Notes: generated by a model not told the origin, from the letters alone. A stretch of 64,000 nucleotides of DNA from Alphaproteobacteria bacterium (GCA_017503725.1 JAFVSL010000011.1:7847-71846); one strand, 5' to 3'; shown: positions 49,610 through 60,018, numbered from the stretch's first letter. Numbers and translations: made by a program.

Positions 49610-51253
49610 TTATGCCTTTATTTTTCGCAATACAACCATAATGCCCGCCGGGGTCATACCCGGTATGCGTGATAAATCCGCGATATTTTCAGGACGTGCC
49701 GTGTTCAGTTTTTCAATTAACTCGTTTGTCAGTCCCGGCAGATTGTCATATTTAAAATCAACCGGTATTTTCATTTTTGCATCGCGTTTATATGCCGCAA
49801 TTTCACGTTCATTACGTGCAATGTATCCGGCATAGAATTTATCGTTTTCGGCAATAATATCGCGTTTTAAATTATATAATTGATTGTATTTTTCTGGGGA
49901 TAACAATCCCAAATTAACACCGATTTTTCCCAACCGCGCAATTGCATTATCCGCCCGCAGGTTTAATCGATATTCCGCGCGTGATGTGAACATACGATAT
50001 GGTTCATCAACCCCCAACGTTGTTATATCATCAATCAATACGCCAATCATCGCGTTTGTTCGATCCAGTTCCAGGTAATCAATTCCCAACGCATACGCGG
50101 CCGCGTTTGCCCCCGCAACCAGGCCCTGGGCGGCGGCTTCTTCGTAACCACTGGTGCCATTTATTTGTCCCGCCATAAACATATGTGGCAAATCTTTGCT
50201 TTGTAATTTATCGTTCAGGGCGCGCGCATCAATCGCATCATATTCGATTGCATATCCATATCGTGCAATGCGTGCATTTTCCAGCCCCGGTATTGTGCGA
50301 ATCCAAATGTCTTGGATGTCGCGACCAAAACTGGTCGAAATGCCATTGGGATAAATAATATCGCTGTTGTAGCCTTCTGGTTCCAGAAATACGTGATGCG
50401 ATGTGTGTTCTGGGAAACGCATAACCTTGTCTTCCAGGCTTGGGCAATAACGCGGCCCGGTACCAACAATGTCGCCATTGTACATTGGCGCGTTTTTTAT
50501 GTTTTCACGAATAACATTATGCGTCGTTTCGTTTGTATGTGTGATATAGCACGCCGAATGATAATTGTTATTTTTATCCCCCATATCAAACCAGTCGTGT
50601 GGGGTATCAGGCTCTTGGATTTCACACACGTCCCAATTGATTGAATCACGATAAATTCGTGCCGGGGTCCCCGTTTTTAAGCGTAAAATTTTAAATCCCG
50701 CCGCACGCAGAACATCTGAAATATTTTTATCCGCCGCCTGGTATGTGCCATCATCTTGCAGGCGCCCCGATGATATTTTTTCGTCCCCGCGCGTAACAAC
50801 ACCGTGTAAAAACGTCCCCGTTGTCAAGACGATTGATTTTGCCGTATACGCATTGTTTACGGTCTTTTTTTCGATATCTAAATCGACGACCGGTTCATAT
50901 TTTATATCCAGGTTTTCGTATTCTGATAAAATATCAACAATTGCATTATGATATAAATCGCGGTCAATCTGTGCACGCAGGGCCTGGGTTGCGGCTCCGT
51001 GCGATGCGTTCAGTGTACGCCAATGAATACCCGCCCGGTCGGCAGCAACCCCCATAACCCCGCCCAGTGCCGATATTTCCGCCACCATTTGTGATTTGCC
51101 GGGGCCACCAATACTGGGGTTACACGACAGGGCACCCAAATCACTTTCCGCCATTGTCATCAGCAATGTTTTTGCACCACGTCGGGCGGATGCCGATGCG
51201 GCCTCTACCCCGGCGTGTCCACCACCAATAACAATTACATCATAATTTTGCAT
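49610..51253 (-). CDS. mnmG: tRNA uridine 5-carboxymethylaminomethyl modification enzyme MnmG (short form)
   Basis: FAD motif DVIVIGGGHAGVEAA, a GPRYCPSLEDKV motif and a C-terminal LSRIPGMTPAGIMVVL domain; 547 aa. Confidence 0.8.
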   Translation of the reverse strand: MQNYDVIVIGGGHAGVEAASASARRGAKTLLMTMAESDLGALSCNPSIGGPGKSQMVAEISALGGVMGVAADRAGIHWRTLNASHGAATQALRAQIDRDLYHNAIVDILSEYENLDIKYEPVVDLDIEKKTVNNAYTAKSIVLTTGTFLHGVVTRGDEKISSGRLQDDGTYQAADKNISDVLRAAGFKILRLKTGTPARIYRDSINWDVCEIQEPDTPHDWFDMGDKNNNYHSACYITHTNETTHNVIRENIKNAPMYNGDIVGTGPRYCPSLEDKVMRFPEHTSHHVFLEPEGYNSDIIYPNGISTSFGRDIQDIWIRTIPGLENARIARYGYAIEYDAIDARALNDKLQSKDLPHMFMAGQINGTSGYEEAAAQGLVAGANAAAYALGIDYLELDRTNAMIGVLIDDITTLGVDEPYRMFTSRAEYRLNLRADNAIARLGKIGVNLGLLSPEKYNQLYNLKRDIIAENDKFYAGYIARNEREIAAYKRDAKMKIPVDFKYDNLPGLTNELIEKLNTARPENIADLSRIPGMTPAGIMVVLRKIKA

Positions 51254-51256
51254 TGC

Positions 51257-51985
51257 CTAGAACCGTCCCATACCACCATTTACATGTAATGTTTGTCCGT
51301 TGATATAAGATGCCTCGTTTGACGCCAAGAATACGCACGCGTTTGCAATATCATCTGGTTCGCCAAAGCGACCGGCCGGAATCTGGCTCAGGTACGTTTT
51401 CTTTAATTCTTCTGGCAAAACGTCCGTCATCGGTGTTTTGATAAAGCCCGGTGCGATTGCGTTCGCGGTGATGCCACGTGATGCAACCTCGGCGGCGATG
51501 GATTTTGTCATTGCAATCATACCACCCTTACTTGCGGCATAGTTTGCCTGGCCGGGACCACCGATTGTGCCTATGATTGATGCCATATTGATTATGCGGC
51601 CAAAGCGATTTTTCATCATTGGCATAATTGCCGCACGACACATTTTAAAGCAAGAACGCAGGTTTGTGTTTATAACCTCGTCAAATTGTTCGTCAGTCAT
51701 ACGCATCAACAATGTATCACGTGTAATACCGGCGTTATTGATTAAGATATCAATTTTTCCGGCGGCTTCAATCGTGTTCATAACCAATTCAACCGCGCCA
51801 CCATCCGCCGCCAGGTCACACGGAATTTTAATGTATTCATCACCAAATTCGGCATCCATTTTTGCAGTGTTGCGACCAGATACAACAACAGTTGCGCCGG
51901 CTTCCTTCATTTTATGTGCGATTGCGCCACCGATTCCACCGGTTGCGCCCGTGATAAGTGCAACTTTACCTGATAAATCAAACAT
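51257..51985 (-). CDS. fabG: 3-oxoacyl-[ACP] reductase
   Basis: GKVALITGATGGIGGAIA Rossmann motif and SDR catalytic residues; 242 aa. Confidence 0.9.
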   Translation of the reverse strand: MFDLSGKVALITGATGGIGGAIAHKMKEAGATVVVSGRNTAKMDAEFGDEYIKIPCDLAADGGAVELVMNTIEAAGKIDILINNAGITRDTLLMRMTDEQFDEVINTNLRSCFKMCRAAIMPMMKNRFGRIINMASIIGTIGGPGQANYAASKGGMIAMTKSIAAEVASRGITANAIAPGFIKTPMTDVLPEELKKTYLSQIPAGRFGEPDDIANACVFLASNEASYINGQTLHVNGGMGRF

Positions 51986-51986
51986 A

Positions 51987-52862
51987 TTATATCTCCAATT
52001 TTTTTGCGGTTATTTTATCTGTTATACGCGAACACAGGCCCGTCAAGACGTTGCCCGGTCCGACCTCTATCTGTTCTGTGATGCCAAGCGTTGCCATATT
52101 CAAAACACTTTCGCGCCAACGAACACCGTGTGTCATCTGATATACCAACGCATCTTTGATTTCATCTATATCGGTTGTTGGTGTGCACGTTTTATTCAAG
52201 ATAATCGGCACAACGGGTGTTTTAAATTCAATCGTTTCCAGTGCGGTCCGCATTGCATCGGCGGCCGGTGTTTGTACACGACAATGAACCGGCACAGACA
52301 ATGCCAATGGCATTGCACGTTTTGCACCGCGTTCTTTGGCGATTTCCATTGTTTTTTCCACCACATCACGCAGACCGGAAATTACAACCTGGCCCGGACT
52401 ATTATCGTTTGCAACATCACAGTCCGTTTCCGCGCAAATTTCGCGAACCGCATCAATATCCAGCCCCAGAATAACCGCGGTTAATCCCGCACCCGCCGGT
52501 GCCGCACTTTGCATTGCGTTTCCGCGTACACGTAATAATTTCGCCGCGTCCCCAACGGATAATGCGCCCGCCGCACACAGCGCGGTATATTCACCCAGTG
52601 AATGACCCGCAACATATTCGGGCAACGCACAACCCGACGCACGCAACATTGCAATGGATGTGGCCATAATTGCCGGCTGAACATTTGCGGTCAATGTCAG
52701 TGTTTCCGCCGGACCATTAAATATAATATCTGTCAATTTTTCGCCCAATGCCGCATCCACTGCATCAAAAACGGCCCGCGCATCTGCGTTGTTTTCATAA
52801 AGTTCCTTTCCCATACCAACGCTTTGTGCGCCTTGACCGGGGAATACAAAAATCGATGACAT
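51987..52862 (-). CDS. fabD: Malonyl-CoA-ACP transacylase
   Basis: FVFPGQGAQSVGMG and GHSLGEY active-site motifs; 291 aa. Confidence 0.9.
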   Translation of the reverse strand: MSSIFVFPGQGAQSVGMGKELYENNADARAVFDAVDAALGEKLTDIIFNGPAETLTLTANVQPAIMATSIAMLRASGCALPEYVAGHSLGEYTALCAAGALSVGDAAKLLRVRGNAMQSAAPAGAGLTAVILGLDIDAVREICAETDCDVANDNSPGQVVISGLRDVVEKTMEIAKERGAKRAMPLALSVPVHCRVQTPAADAMRTALETIEFKTPVVPIILNKTCTPTTDIDEIKDALVYQMTHGVRWRESVLNMATLGITEQIEVGPGNVLTGLCSRITDKITAKKLEI

Positions 52863-52891
52863 ACTTTGCCCTTTGTTAAATTATATTTAAA

Positions 52892-53437
52892 TTATACTTT
52901 GCGAATGCTAAATTCGCAACCGCAATAATTTTGGCGATAAAAATCAGAACCGCGGTTTATCTGTACGCGTAAATTTTCATCCCATTTAATTGGTAAATAT
53001 TTAATATTGTCACACGTGACCTGTGCCGCACGGTCCACCTGGGTCTGGTCTTTGTGGCGGGAAACACCCAACACACTTGCAATCGCGTTGTATCCATTTT
53101 CGCGTGCAAATCGCGCCGCGCGACGGAAACGATATTCAAAACACAGCGAACACCGCGCGCCGCGTTCGGGTGCATCTTCGAAACCGCGCACCGCCGCGCG
53201 CCACGCATCGTGATCGTATTCCAGAACGGCATATTTTGCGCCGATTGATTCGCAGTATTTTATCTGTTCGTCCATACGTTTTGTGTATTCAGATTCTGGG
53301 AAAATATTTGGATTAAAAAACAGAACAATAAAATCATCAACACCGTCAATTGCGCCGTCTTTTAATTGCTGTATCGCGCCCGCACTACATGGCGCACAGC
53401 AAGACAATAATACAACGCGCAATTTATCGTTATTCAT
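52892..53437 (-). CDS. queH: Epoxyqueuosine reductase QueH (DUF208)
   Basis: LLSCCAPCS N-terminal Cys motif plus additional conserved Cys residues (…CFEYR…, CGCEF); 181 aa. Confidence 0.7.
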   Translation of the reverse strand: MNNDKLRVVLLSCCAPCSAGAIQQLKDGAIDGVDDFIVLFFNPNIFPESEYTKRMDEQIKYCESIGAKYAVLEYDHDAWRAAVRGFEDAPERGARCSLCFEYRFRRAARFARENGYNAIASVLGVSRHKDQTQVDRAAQVTCDNIKYLPIKWDENLRVQINRGSDFYRQNYCGCEFSIRKV

Positions 53438-53752
53438 TTATTTTGTTTTCTGTTTTGGTTTACATTGGCACATATTCTTGGCCACACAAGCGTATTCATA
53501 GGCGCGCCCTAATGCGCGTATGTTTTGTGCAACAATTGTTGCCGTCCGATTTTTTGATGTTGTTGGATTGTATTCGACATTTTCATTGCGTCTACGTAAA
53601 AAGTCAACAATATTACATTTATTACAATTTTGACATTTGGCACATTCAGGCATCACACACCGACCACAGTGACATTTTACATCGAACTTATGAATGTATC
53701 CGTCACTTGTCAAAGATGTTTTTATATAAATAGTTAACTTTTTTTCAGACAT
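53438..53752 (-). CDS. Cysteine-rich small protein, hypothetical
   Basis: 104 aa with the motif CHCGRCVMPECAKCQNCNKC (CxCxxCx4CxxCxxCxxC) and a basic C-terminus. Its stop abuts the queH start codon. Confidence 0.45.
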   Translation of the reverse strand: MSEKKLTIYIKTSLTSDGYIHKFDVKCHCGRCVMPECAKCQNCNKCNIVDFLRRRNENVEYNPTTSKNRTATIVAQNIRALGRAYEYACVAKNMCQCKPKQKTK

Positions 53753-53763
53753 TATTCATAGCC

Positions 53764-55755
53764 TTATTTTGTAAAAATATCACCCACAACCGCATCATAG
53801 CTCAGTTCAATGATATTTTTATCATCATCACCAATCCCCAATTCAACCGCGCTACACATCATACCAAATGATTCCGTTCCGGCAACGGTGCGTTGGGTAA
53901 TTGGTTTTTTCATTGTTGGTAATTGCGCCCCAACCGGTGCCAAGACGCCAATCATACCGGCGCGTACATTCGGTGCACCGCATACGACCTGTGCTGGCGC
54001 GTTGCCACCAAAATCCACCGACAAGATATGCAAATCATCACGTGTTGGATGGTTTTCAACCGACAGCACCTTGGCCACAACAGGTTTTGGGGTATTATCT
54101 TCCTTTTTTGGTGCGTATTTTTCGGTCAAACGCACAACCGTTTCATCATCAATACGATTGAACAGATTTTCAGGCACCACAAATTCCGCACCGTCTGCCA
54201 CGCGGTGTTCATATTTTTCCGGCCAAGATAAATCGTGGGTTGTTGTAAATACGTTCTGCATTTTTTCCGCCGCCGTCGGGATAAATGGTGCCGACACGCG
54301 TGCATATAAATCAATCAACTGAAAGCATTCATTTAACACCGCGCCCGCCGCATCCATATCACCGTTTTTAACCAACGCCCACGGTTCGCGTGCGGTCATA
54401 TATTCATTCCCAATCGCATACAGACCACGCAATGCTGCAATTGCCGCACGGAATTCACAGCCGTCTAATGCCGCGGTTAATTCCGACAATTTTTCGTTAA
54501 TCTGTGATTCTAAATCTGAATCCATCGCACCTGCATTTGGAACATTGTTGCCAAAGTTTTTCGCGGTTAATTTGCACACGCGTGATACAAAGTTCCCCAG
54601 CATCCCATTCAGGTCTTTGTTCACAATGTCTGCAAAACGAGCGATTGTAAAATCTGTGTCGTCGGTTTCGGGCGCACTTGCCAACAGGGCATAACGCCAC
54701 GTGTCCGCCGGCGCCTCTAAAATAGCACTGTCCAGGAATATGCCGCGCTTTTGCGATTTAGAAAATTTTCCCCCTTCAAAGTTCAGGAAATTCATCCCTT
54801 TTAACATATCAACCGTTTTCCAGTTGTCGTTCATCGCCAACTGTTGTTCTGGGAAAAACACAGAATGGAATTTAACGTTATCCTTGCCCATAAATTGTGC
54901 ATAGTGCGCATCCGGATTTTTCCACCAAGATGCCCAGTCTTCATTTGCGTATTGTGATATCGAAACATATCCCCACGGCGCATCAAACCAAACATAGAAA
55001 ACTTTGTTTTCATATCCGGGTTTGTTAACCGGAATTCCCCACGGCAAATCGCGGGTGATGGATGTGTCACGCAACCCCTCGTTCGCCCAGCCGCGTGCAA
55101 TTGCCGCCGCCGATTTAGACCATTTTGGTGCGTGTGTTGACAACCATTCTTTCCATTTATCTTCGATTTTAGATGCCAAGAAGAACAGGTTTTTTGTGGC
55201 GCGTGCCTCTATTCTATCACTGCCGGAAATTGCACTGCGTGGGTTAATCAGTTCTGTTGCCTCATACGTTGCACTGCATTTATCGCATTGGTCACCACGT
55301 GCATTTTCATATCCGCATTTTGGACACGTTCCAACCAATTGACGATCCGCCAGGAACATATCATCATCCACAGAAAACGGCTGAATTGTTTCGCGTTCTT
55401 CGATTAACCCCTGTTCGTCCAGGCGTTTAAATAATTCGTGAATTAACTTTTCCTGTTTTTCTGTGTGTGTGCGACCATATAAATCAAACGACAGGTTGAA
55501 ATCACGAACCGCCCGCAAATGCTTTTCATAATATTTATTGTTGTATTCGATAATTGGCAAACCCTCGGCGGCGGCACCAACAACGGCGGGCGTTCCGTGT
55601 TCATCGGCCCCACAGACAAATAAAACATCACGTCCACGCGCACGACAAAAACGTGCATAAACATCACTTGGTAAATAACAACCAATTAAATGCCCCAGGT
55701 GTAATTCACCATTTACATACGGTAATGCAGACGTAATTAAATATTTTTTTGCCAT
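53764..55755 (-). CDS. metG: Methionine--tRNA ligase
   Basis: HIGH motif (PYVNGELHLGHL), a zinc knuckle (CPKCGY…CDKC), a KMSKS-like KFSKS motif and a C-terminal tRNA-binding domain; 663 aa. Confidence 0.93.
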   Translation of the reverse strand: MAKKYLITSALPYVNGELHLGHLIGCYLPSDVYARFCRARGRDVLFVCGADEHGTPAVVGAAAEGLPIIEYNNKYYEKHLRAVRDFNLSFDLYGRTHTEKQEKLIHELFKRLDEQGLIEERETIQPFSVDDDMFLADRQLVGTCPKCGYENARGDQCDKCSATYEATELINPRSAISGSDRIEARATKNLFFLASKIEDKWKEWLSTHAPKWSKSAAAIARGWANEGLRDTSITRDLPWGIPVNKPGYENKVFYVWFDAPWGYVSISQYANEDWASWWKNPDAHYAQFMGKDNVKFHSVFFPEQQLAMNDNWKTVDMLKGMNFLNFEGGKFSKSQKRGIFLDSAILEAPADTWRYALLASAPETDDTDFTIARFADIVNKDLNGMLGNFVSRVCKLTAKNFGNNVPNAGAMDSDLESQINEKLSELTAALDGCEFRAAIAALRGLYAIGNEYMTAREPWALVKNGDMDAAGAVLNECFQLIDLYARVSAPFIPTAAEKMQNVFTTTHDLSWPEKYEHRVADGAEFVVPENLFNRIDDETVVRLTEKYAPKKEDNTPKPVVAKVLSVENHPTRDDLHILSVDFGGNAPAQVVCGAPNVRAGMIGVLAPVGAQLPTMKKPITQRTVAGTESFGMMCSAVELGIGDDDKNIIELSYDAVVGDIFTK

Positions 55756-55828
55756 TTTTTTGTGCCCTTTTTATTATCCTGCAAATTATAAAGCATATTT
55801 TGCATAAATCAATATTTATAAAATAAGT

Positions 55829-55858
55829 AAAAAACACCGGCATTTGCCGGTGTTTTTG
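55829..55858. terminator. Terminator, CCGGCATTTGCCGG family
   Basis: AAAAAACACCGGC-attt-GCCGGTGTTTTT. Confidence 0.6.
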
Positions 55859-55863
55859 TGTAA

Positions 55864-56499
55864 TTATTTATTTGGAATAATTTTAATTTCCACACGACGG
55901 TTTTGTGCACGTCCCGCCGCATCTGCATTGGATGCAATTGGATTGGACGAGCCCATACCCAATACCTCAAATCGTGATGATTTTACCCCCTGCCCTTGCA
56001 GGTATGCCGCAACCGATTGTGCACGTGATTTTGATAGGGCCAGATTATAATCTGCGGATCCTGTGCTGTCGGTGTGACCGGAAACCATAACCGTTGAATT
56101 TGAATATTTATTCAAAACCTTGGCAACGGAATTTAATACCGGATAGAACGACGAATTTATATCGGCGGAATCTGTTCTGAATGTGATATTGCCCGGCATA
56201 ATCAGGCGGATACTGTCATCGGATTCAACAACCTGAACACCGGTTGATGCCAATTCTTGGCGTAATTCTGCGGCCTGGACGTCCAGATAGTACCCAACGC
56301 CACCACCAACGGCCGCGCCCGCCAATGCCCCGACCAGGGCGCCTTCGCTGCTGTTGCGGCTGCCGATAAGTGCGCCGGCGGTTGTTCCGATTGCGGTACC
56401 CCACGTTGATTTAGAAATCTGGCTTTGCCCCGTATATGGATTAACGGTTGTGCACGCGGTTAATGCAATTATTGCACATACTGAAACTAACTTTTTCAT
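55864..56499 (-). CDS. OmpA-family lipoprotein
   Basis: Lipobox (IALTAC), a Gly-rich linker and a C-terminal OmpA-like peptidoglycan-binding domain (…SGHTDSTGSADYNLALSKSRAQSV…RRVEI). Confidence 0.8.
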   Translation of the reverse strand: MKKLVSVCAIIALTACTTVNPYTGQSQISKSTWGTAIGTTAGALIGSRNSSEGALVGALAGAAVGGGVGYYLDVQAAELRQELASTGVQVVESDDSIRLIMPGNITFRTDSADINSSFYPVLNSVAKVLNKYSNSTVMVSGHTDSTGSADYNLALSKSRAQSVAAYLQGQGVKSSRFEVLGMGSSNPIASNADAAGRAQNRRVEIKIIPNK

Positions 56500-56584
56500 C
56501 TTTTCTCCTTTTCTTTAACAAATTTATTCTAAACAAAAAAATATGAAATACAAATAAATCTTATTTCGTGTCTCATATCTCATG

Positions 56585-56612
56585 TCTCAAAAAATTGGGT
56601 GCTGCCCAATTT
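56585..56612 (-). terminator. Intrinsic terminator
   Basis: AATTGGG-tgctg-CCCAATT with flanking A and T runs. Confidence 0.5.
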
Positions 56613-57638
56613 TTAGAACGTCAATCGCATACCAGCCGATACAAATGGCGTCTTGGATGTTATTCCCAACGATATCCACCCATCAACATTTGCGCTGTAT
56701 TTGTATCTGAATGAACCGATAAGCATATGATCCATAAAATCGTCCACATCACGATTCCAAATACCTGTGTCTGAAAACATATAAGTCAAAGATACACTGT
56801 ATTGCAATAAATCGTAACTGACCCCGGTTCCGGCAACGATTCCATCAGATATCGGACCAACCGGATTATTATCATAAATCAAACGCGCGGTGGTACCCCA
56901 AATCCAGCTGTTGTATTGAATATTCATACCCGCGGTAAATTGTGTACGCGAATCCGCGGTAACCGGTGGCGCATAGACATCGGTACTGAATCCATGTGGG
57001 TTATCCATAAAAGACGCACCCAAAGAAAACGCACGTTTAACCTTGCCGTCTGATTTTCGGATTTTTAATCCACCGTCCACCGCAAAATCATAGTCGTCTG
57101 TTATTCCCGACAAAGACAATCCATATTGTGCGCCATTTATCTGGCTTGTTGCAACATTAACCCGCAACGCGCCCCGCCCCGTGGTCAGTGTTGTGTCGGA
57201 AATAACCGGCCCATCTGGTACAATTTTTTTATGAAAAATTGGTCGGTCGTTTATCCGCAGGCCACCAACATCCGGCAATCCAACACCTAATTTGCGTGCG
57301 ATTGAATCGGTAAAGCCAACCTCTATACGCCCAAAATCCCGCATTTGATAAAATCCAAAGGCTTCTCGAAATGCCTTACCATCATCTGATGCGGCGGCGT
57401 CCAACGAATAGACCGCGCCAAATTTGTGGGTGTCGTTTGGGGTCAAATCAATTTCACCACGCACGCGCCAATCCCCAATAAAAAGCGGTGTTTCAAAATC
57501 GGGCTGAATAATACCACCGGTCCCATATCCTGTTAATTTAAAATCGAATTTGCCCGCATTGTATTCAATCGCGTACGCCCCACCCCCAGACAATACCAAA
57601 GCAATTGTCGCGACATAAATTTTTCTGTAAAATCCCAT
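56613..57638 (-). CDS. Outer-membrane beta-barrel protein (porin-like), hypothetical
   Basis: Signal peptide, alternating amphipathic strands, and a C-terminal …AGMRLTF with an aromatic terminus; 341 aa. Confidence 0.55.
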   Translation of the reverse strand: MGFYRKIYVATIALVLSGGGAYAIEYNAGKFDFKLTGYGTGGIIQPDFETPLFIGDWRVRGEIDLTPNDTHKFGAVYSLDAAASDDGKAFREAFGFYQMRDFGRIEVGFTDSIARKLGVGLPDVGGLRINDRPIFHKKIVPDGPVISDTTLTTGRGALRVNVATSQINGAQYGLSLSGITDDYDFAVDGGLKIRKSDGKVKRAFSLGASFMDNPHGFSTDVYAPPVTADSRTQFTAGMNIQYNSWIWGTTARLIYDNNPVGPISDGIVAGTGVSYDLLQYSVSLTYMFSDTGIWNRDVDDFMDHMLIGSFRYKYSANVDGWISLGITSKTPFVSAGMRLTF

Positions 57639-57644
57639 AACCCT

Positions 57645-58556
57645 TTATCCTTGGCTTTCTTTTAAAATCGCATCACGCAGTTTTTTATATGCGCGTTCTT
57701 CGATTTGGCGGACACGTTCGCGTGAAATGCCGTATTTTTGTGCGCACGCTTCCAGTGTTGCCACCGGATCTGACAAGCGTCGCGCCTTCAAGATTTCGCG
57801 GTCGCGTTCTGGTAATGCATCCAGATGCTTGCGCAATAATTCGTATCCACGTCGGCGAAATTCTATGCGTTCCAATGATTCTTCGATATTTGCACGATTA
57901 TCCGCCAGATTAGACAGGATGTCTGATGCCCCCTCGTCCCCGATGTGCGCCGGCGCATTCAGTGATACATCGCGTGCCCCCACGCGTGTCGCCATACGCT
58001 TTACATCATTTTCCGGCACATCCAGATATTCCGCAATTTGTTTTGTTTGGTCGTCATTTAAGTTGTTATCCATAATCCCCAACGCCCGTTTTGCCCGCGC
58101 CAGGTTAAAGAACACCCGCTTTTGATTTGCAGATGTTCCAATTTTCACAATAGACCAGTTATTAAGAATTGTTTCATATATTTCCGCCCGCACCCAGAAC
58201 ATTGCGTATGTTGAAAATCTAAATCCCTTTTCTGGGTCGAATTTTTGCAATGCCTGCATCAGGCCCATATTACCACTGGCAATTAAATCGCCAACTGGAA
58301 TACCATAGTTTTTAAAGTCGTACGCCACCGACACAACCATCCGCAAATGTGATGCCACCAGGCGTTCCCCCGCGCTTTGGTCGTGATTTTTAACCCATTG
58401 TGTGGCGTATTGGTATTCTTCTTCGGCGGACAACAGGGGTATTTTCTGTACCGTTTGTATATATTGCGCCAGGCCGGATTCATCACTGACCCCACGGGCG
58501 GCAACCAGTGAAGTATTTGCTTGTACCGGCAAAGCGTTCTTGATTTGCTTTTTCAT
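57645..58556 (-). CDS. rpoH: RNA polymerase sigma-32 factor
   Basis: Sigma-70 regions 2 and 4 and an RpoH box (QKRVFFNLARAKR); 303 aa. Confidence 0.88.
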   Translation of the reverse strand: MKKQIKNALPVQANTSLVAARGVSDESGLAQYIQTVQKIPLLSAEEEYQYATQWVKNHDQSAGERLVASHLRMVVSVAYDFKNYGIPVGDLIASGNMGLMQALQKFDPEKGFRFSTYAMFWVRAEIYETILNNWSIVKIGTSANQKRVFFNLARAKRALGIMDNNLNDDQTKQIAEYLDVPENDVKRMATRVGARDVSLNAPAHIGDEGASDILSNLADNRANIEESLERIEFRRRGYELLRKHLDALPERDREILKARRLSDPVATLEACAQKYGISRERVRQIEERAYKKLRDAILKESQG

Positions 58557-58610
58557 AACTTTTATAGTATATCATAATTTGATAATTATCAAGCACAGGA
58601 GATTTATAAA

Positions 58611-59261
58611 ATGTCATCAATGTTGTCAAGAAATCAAAAAGTGGCCCCTAAAAAGAAAACACGCCAGGAATATGCCGAAGACGCCCTTTATCGCGAGGTA
58701 TGGGAAGACGTAAACAACGAAAAGACATTAAAGTTTATCAAAAAATACTATCGTCATTTGATTGCGGGCGCACTGGTTATTTTAATAATTGCGACCGGTT
58801 TTCAAATTGGTGCACGTCACATTGCGGCGCAAAAAATGCATACCGCCGAAATGTACGAAGAAGCCTTGGCCAGTGTTGATGCGAATAATTTGGCCCACTT
58901 TGCCGATGATGCATCGGGTGCGACGGCGGATTTGGCCCTGTTCCAGGCGTATTTATTGGACGGTGATATAAGCAAACTGGAACGCCTGGCCACCGATGGT
59001 AATACACGTGATTTTCGTGACTTGGCGCGTTTGCACATTGTAAATGCCCGTGGTGATGATATGGCGGCAACGGATGTTGAAAAATATCTGTCTGGTTTAG
59101 ATACAAAAAGTTCACCTTTTTATTATACCGCGACCCTGACCGTTGCACAGAAGTATCTGACCGATGGCAACCGCGACGCGGCAAACAAATGGTTGGATAA
59201 AATCTTGAACGATGCGGATGCACCGGCATCTATTGTCGGTACGGCAACCACCCTGCGCTAA
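58611..59261 (+). CDS. Membrane-anchored TPR-like protein (YfgM-like)
   Basis: N-terminal basic region, a single TM segment (LIAGALVILIIATGF) and a helical periplasmic domain. It is followed by a BamB-like gene, as in yfgM-bamB loci. Confidence 0.5.
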   Translation: MSSMLSRNQKVAPKKKTRQEYAEDALYREVWEDVNNEKTLKFIKKYYRHLIAGALVILIIATGFQIGARHIAAQKMHTAEMYEEALASVDANNLAHFADDASGATADLALFQAYLLDGDISKLERLATDGNTRDFRDLARLHIVNARGDDMAATDVEKYLSGLDTKSSPFYYTATLTVAQKYLTDGNRDAANKWLDKILNDADAPASIVGTATTLR

Positions 59262-59270
59262 GGATAAAAA

Positions 59271-59990
59271 ATGAAACGCGCAGTCATTGGGATTTTATCG
59301 GTATTGGCATTGTGTGCGTGTGACAAACACGACCCGATTTTACCGGGCACGCGTTCACCAATTTTTGATACGCCACGTATAAATATCTTGAATACAGATA
59401 TCCAGAACCTGCCGGATGTGGCGTATAAATCAGATGACACAGATTGTCCATATACACGTGATGCATCGAATGTTGTATGGGATGGATCGCGCAAGATTTT
59501 TTCAGGATTCGCAACCGACAATGCGGTGGCATCTGATATAAAGCCGGTGTGCGCTGGGAAATATATCTATGTCGGATTAACAACCGGTGAATTGGTAAAG
59601 ATTGAGCCAAAATCCCGTAAAATAATGTGGATTGCAGATATCTATCGGGCCAGTAACTTGACCGGTGGCGCATCAATGTTGGATATTGTTGCCGAACCGA
59701 TTGTTCGGGACAAATATGTATATGTGGGCGGCCTGGCGGATGCGTTTTGCAAGATAAATGCAACATCTGGTGCGCGCGTATGGTGCACGAATATCAGTGT
59801 GCCAACCGATTTTACCATCGCCGGTGATACCGCGTTTGTTGCGGGTGCGGATAAAAAATTGTATGCATTGCGCCTGACCGATGGTGCGGCATATTGGACG
59901 GCAGATATTGAAAAAATCGCCACACCAATATATGAAAATAAAACCGTAACGGTTGGTAAACAAAAATTTAATGCGGTAAATGGTAAATAA
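59271..59990 (+). CDS. PQQ-repeat lipoprotein (short BamB-like)
   Basis: Lipobox (VLALCAC) and repeated beta-propeller blades (…KYIYVG…, …KYVYVGG…, DTAFVAGADKKLYAL). At 239 aa it is shorter than typical BamB (about 380 aa). Confidence 0.5.
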   Translation: MKRAVIGILSVLALCACDKHDPILPGTRSPIFDTPRINILNTDIQNLPDVAYKSDDTDCPYTRDASNVVWDGSRKIFSGFATDNAVASDIKPVCAGKYIYVGLTTGELVKIEPKSRKIMWIADIYRASNLTGGASMLDIVAEPIVRDKYVYVGGLADAFCKINATSGARVWCTNISVPTDFTIAGDTAFVAGADKKLYALRLTDGAAYWTADIEKIATPIYENKTVTVGKQKFNAVNGK

Positions 59991-59992
59991 AA

Positions 59993-60018
59993 AACACCGG
60001 CATTTGCCGGTGTTTTTG
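59993..60018 (+). terminator. Terminator, CCGGCATTTGCCGG family
   Basis: AAAAACACCGGC-attt-GCCGGTGTTTTTGTTT. Confidence 0.6.

Noticed and set aside
51567-52484. 305-aa plus-strand ORF antisense to fabG/fabD, with similar antisense ORFs at 26262-26819, 36952-37743, 32699-33343, 45699-46286 and 59284-59766.
   Set aside because: They overlap confidently identified genes on the opposite strand and have biased, Cys/Arg/His-rich compositions with no recognisable motifs. They are spurious.
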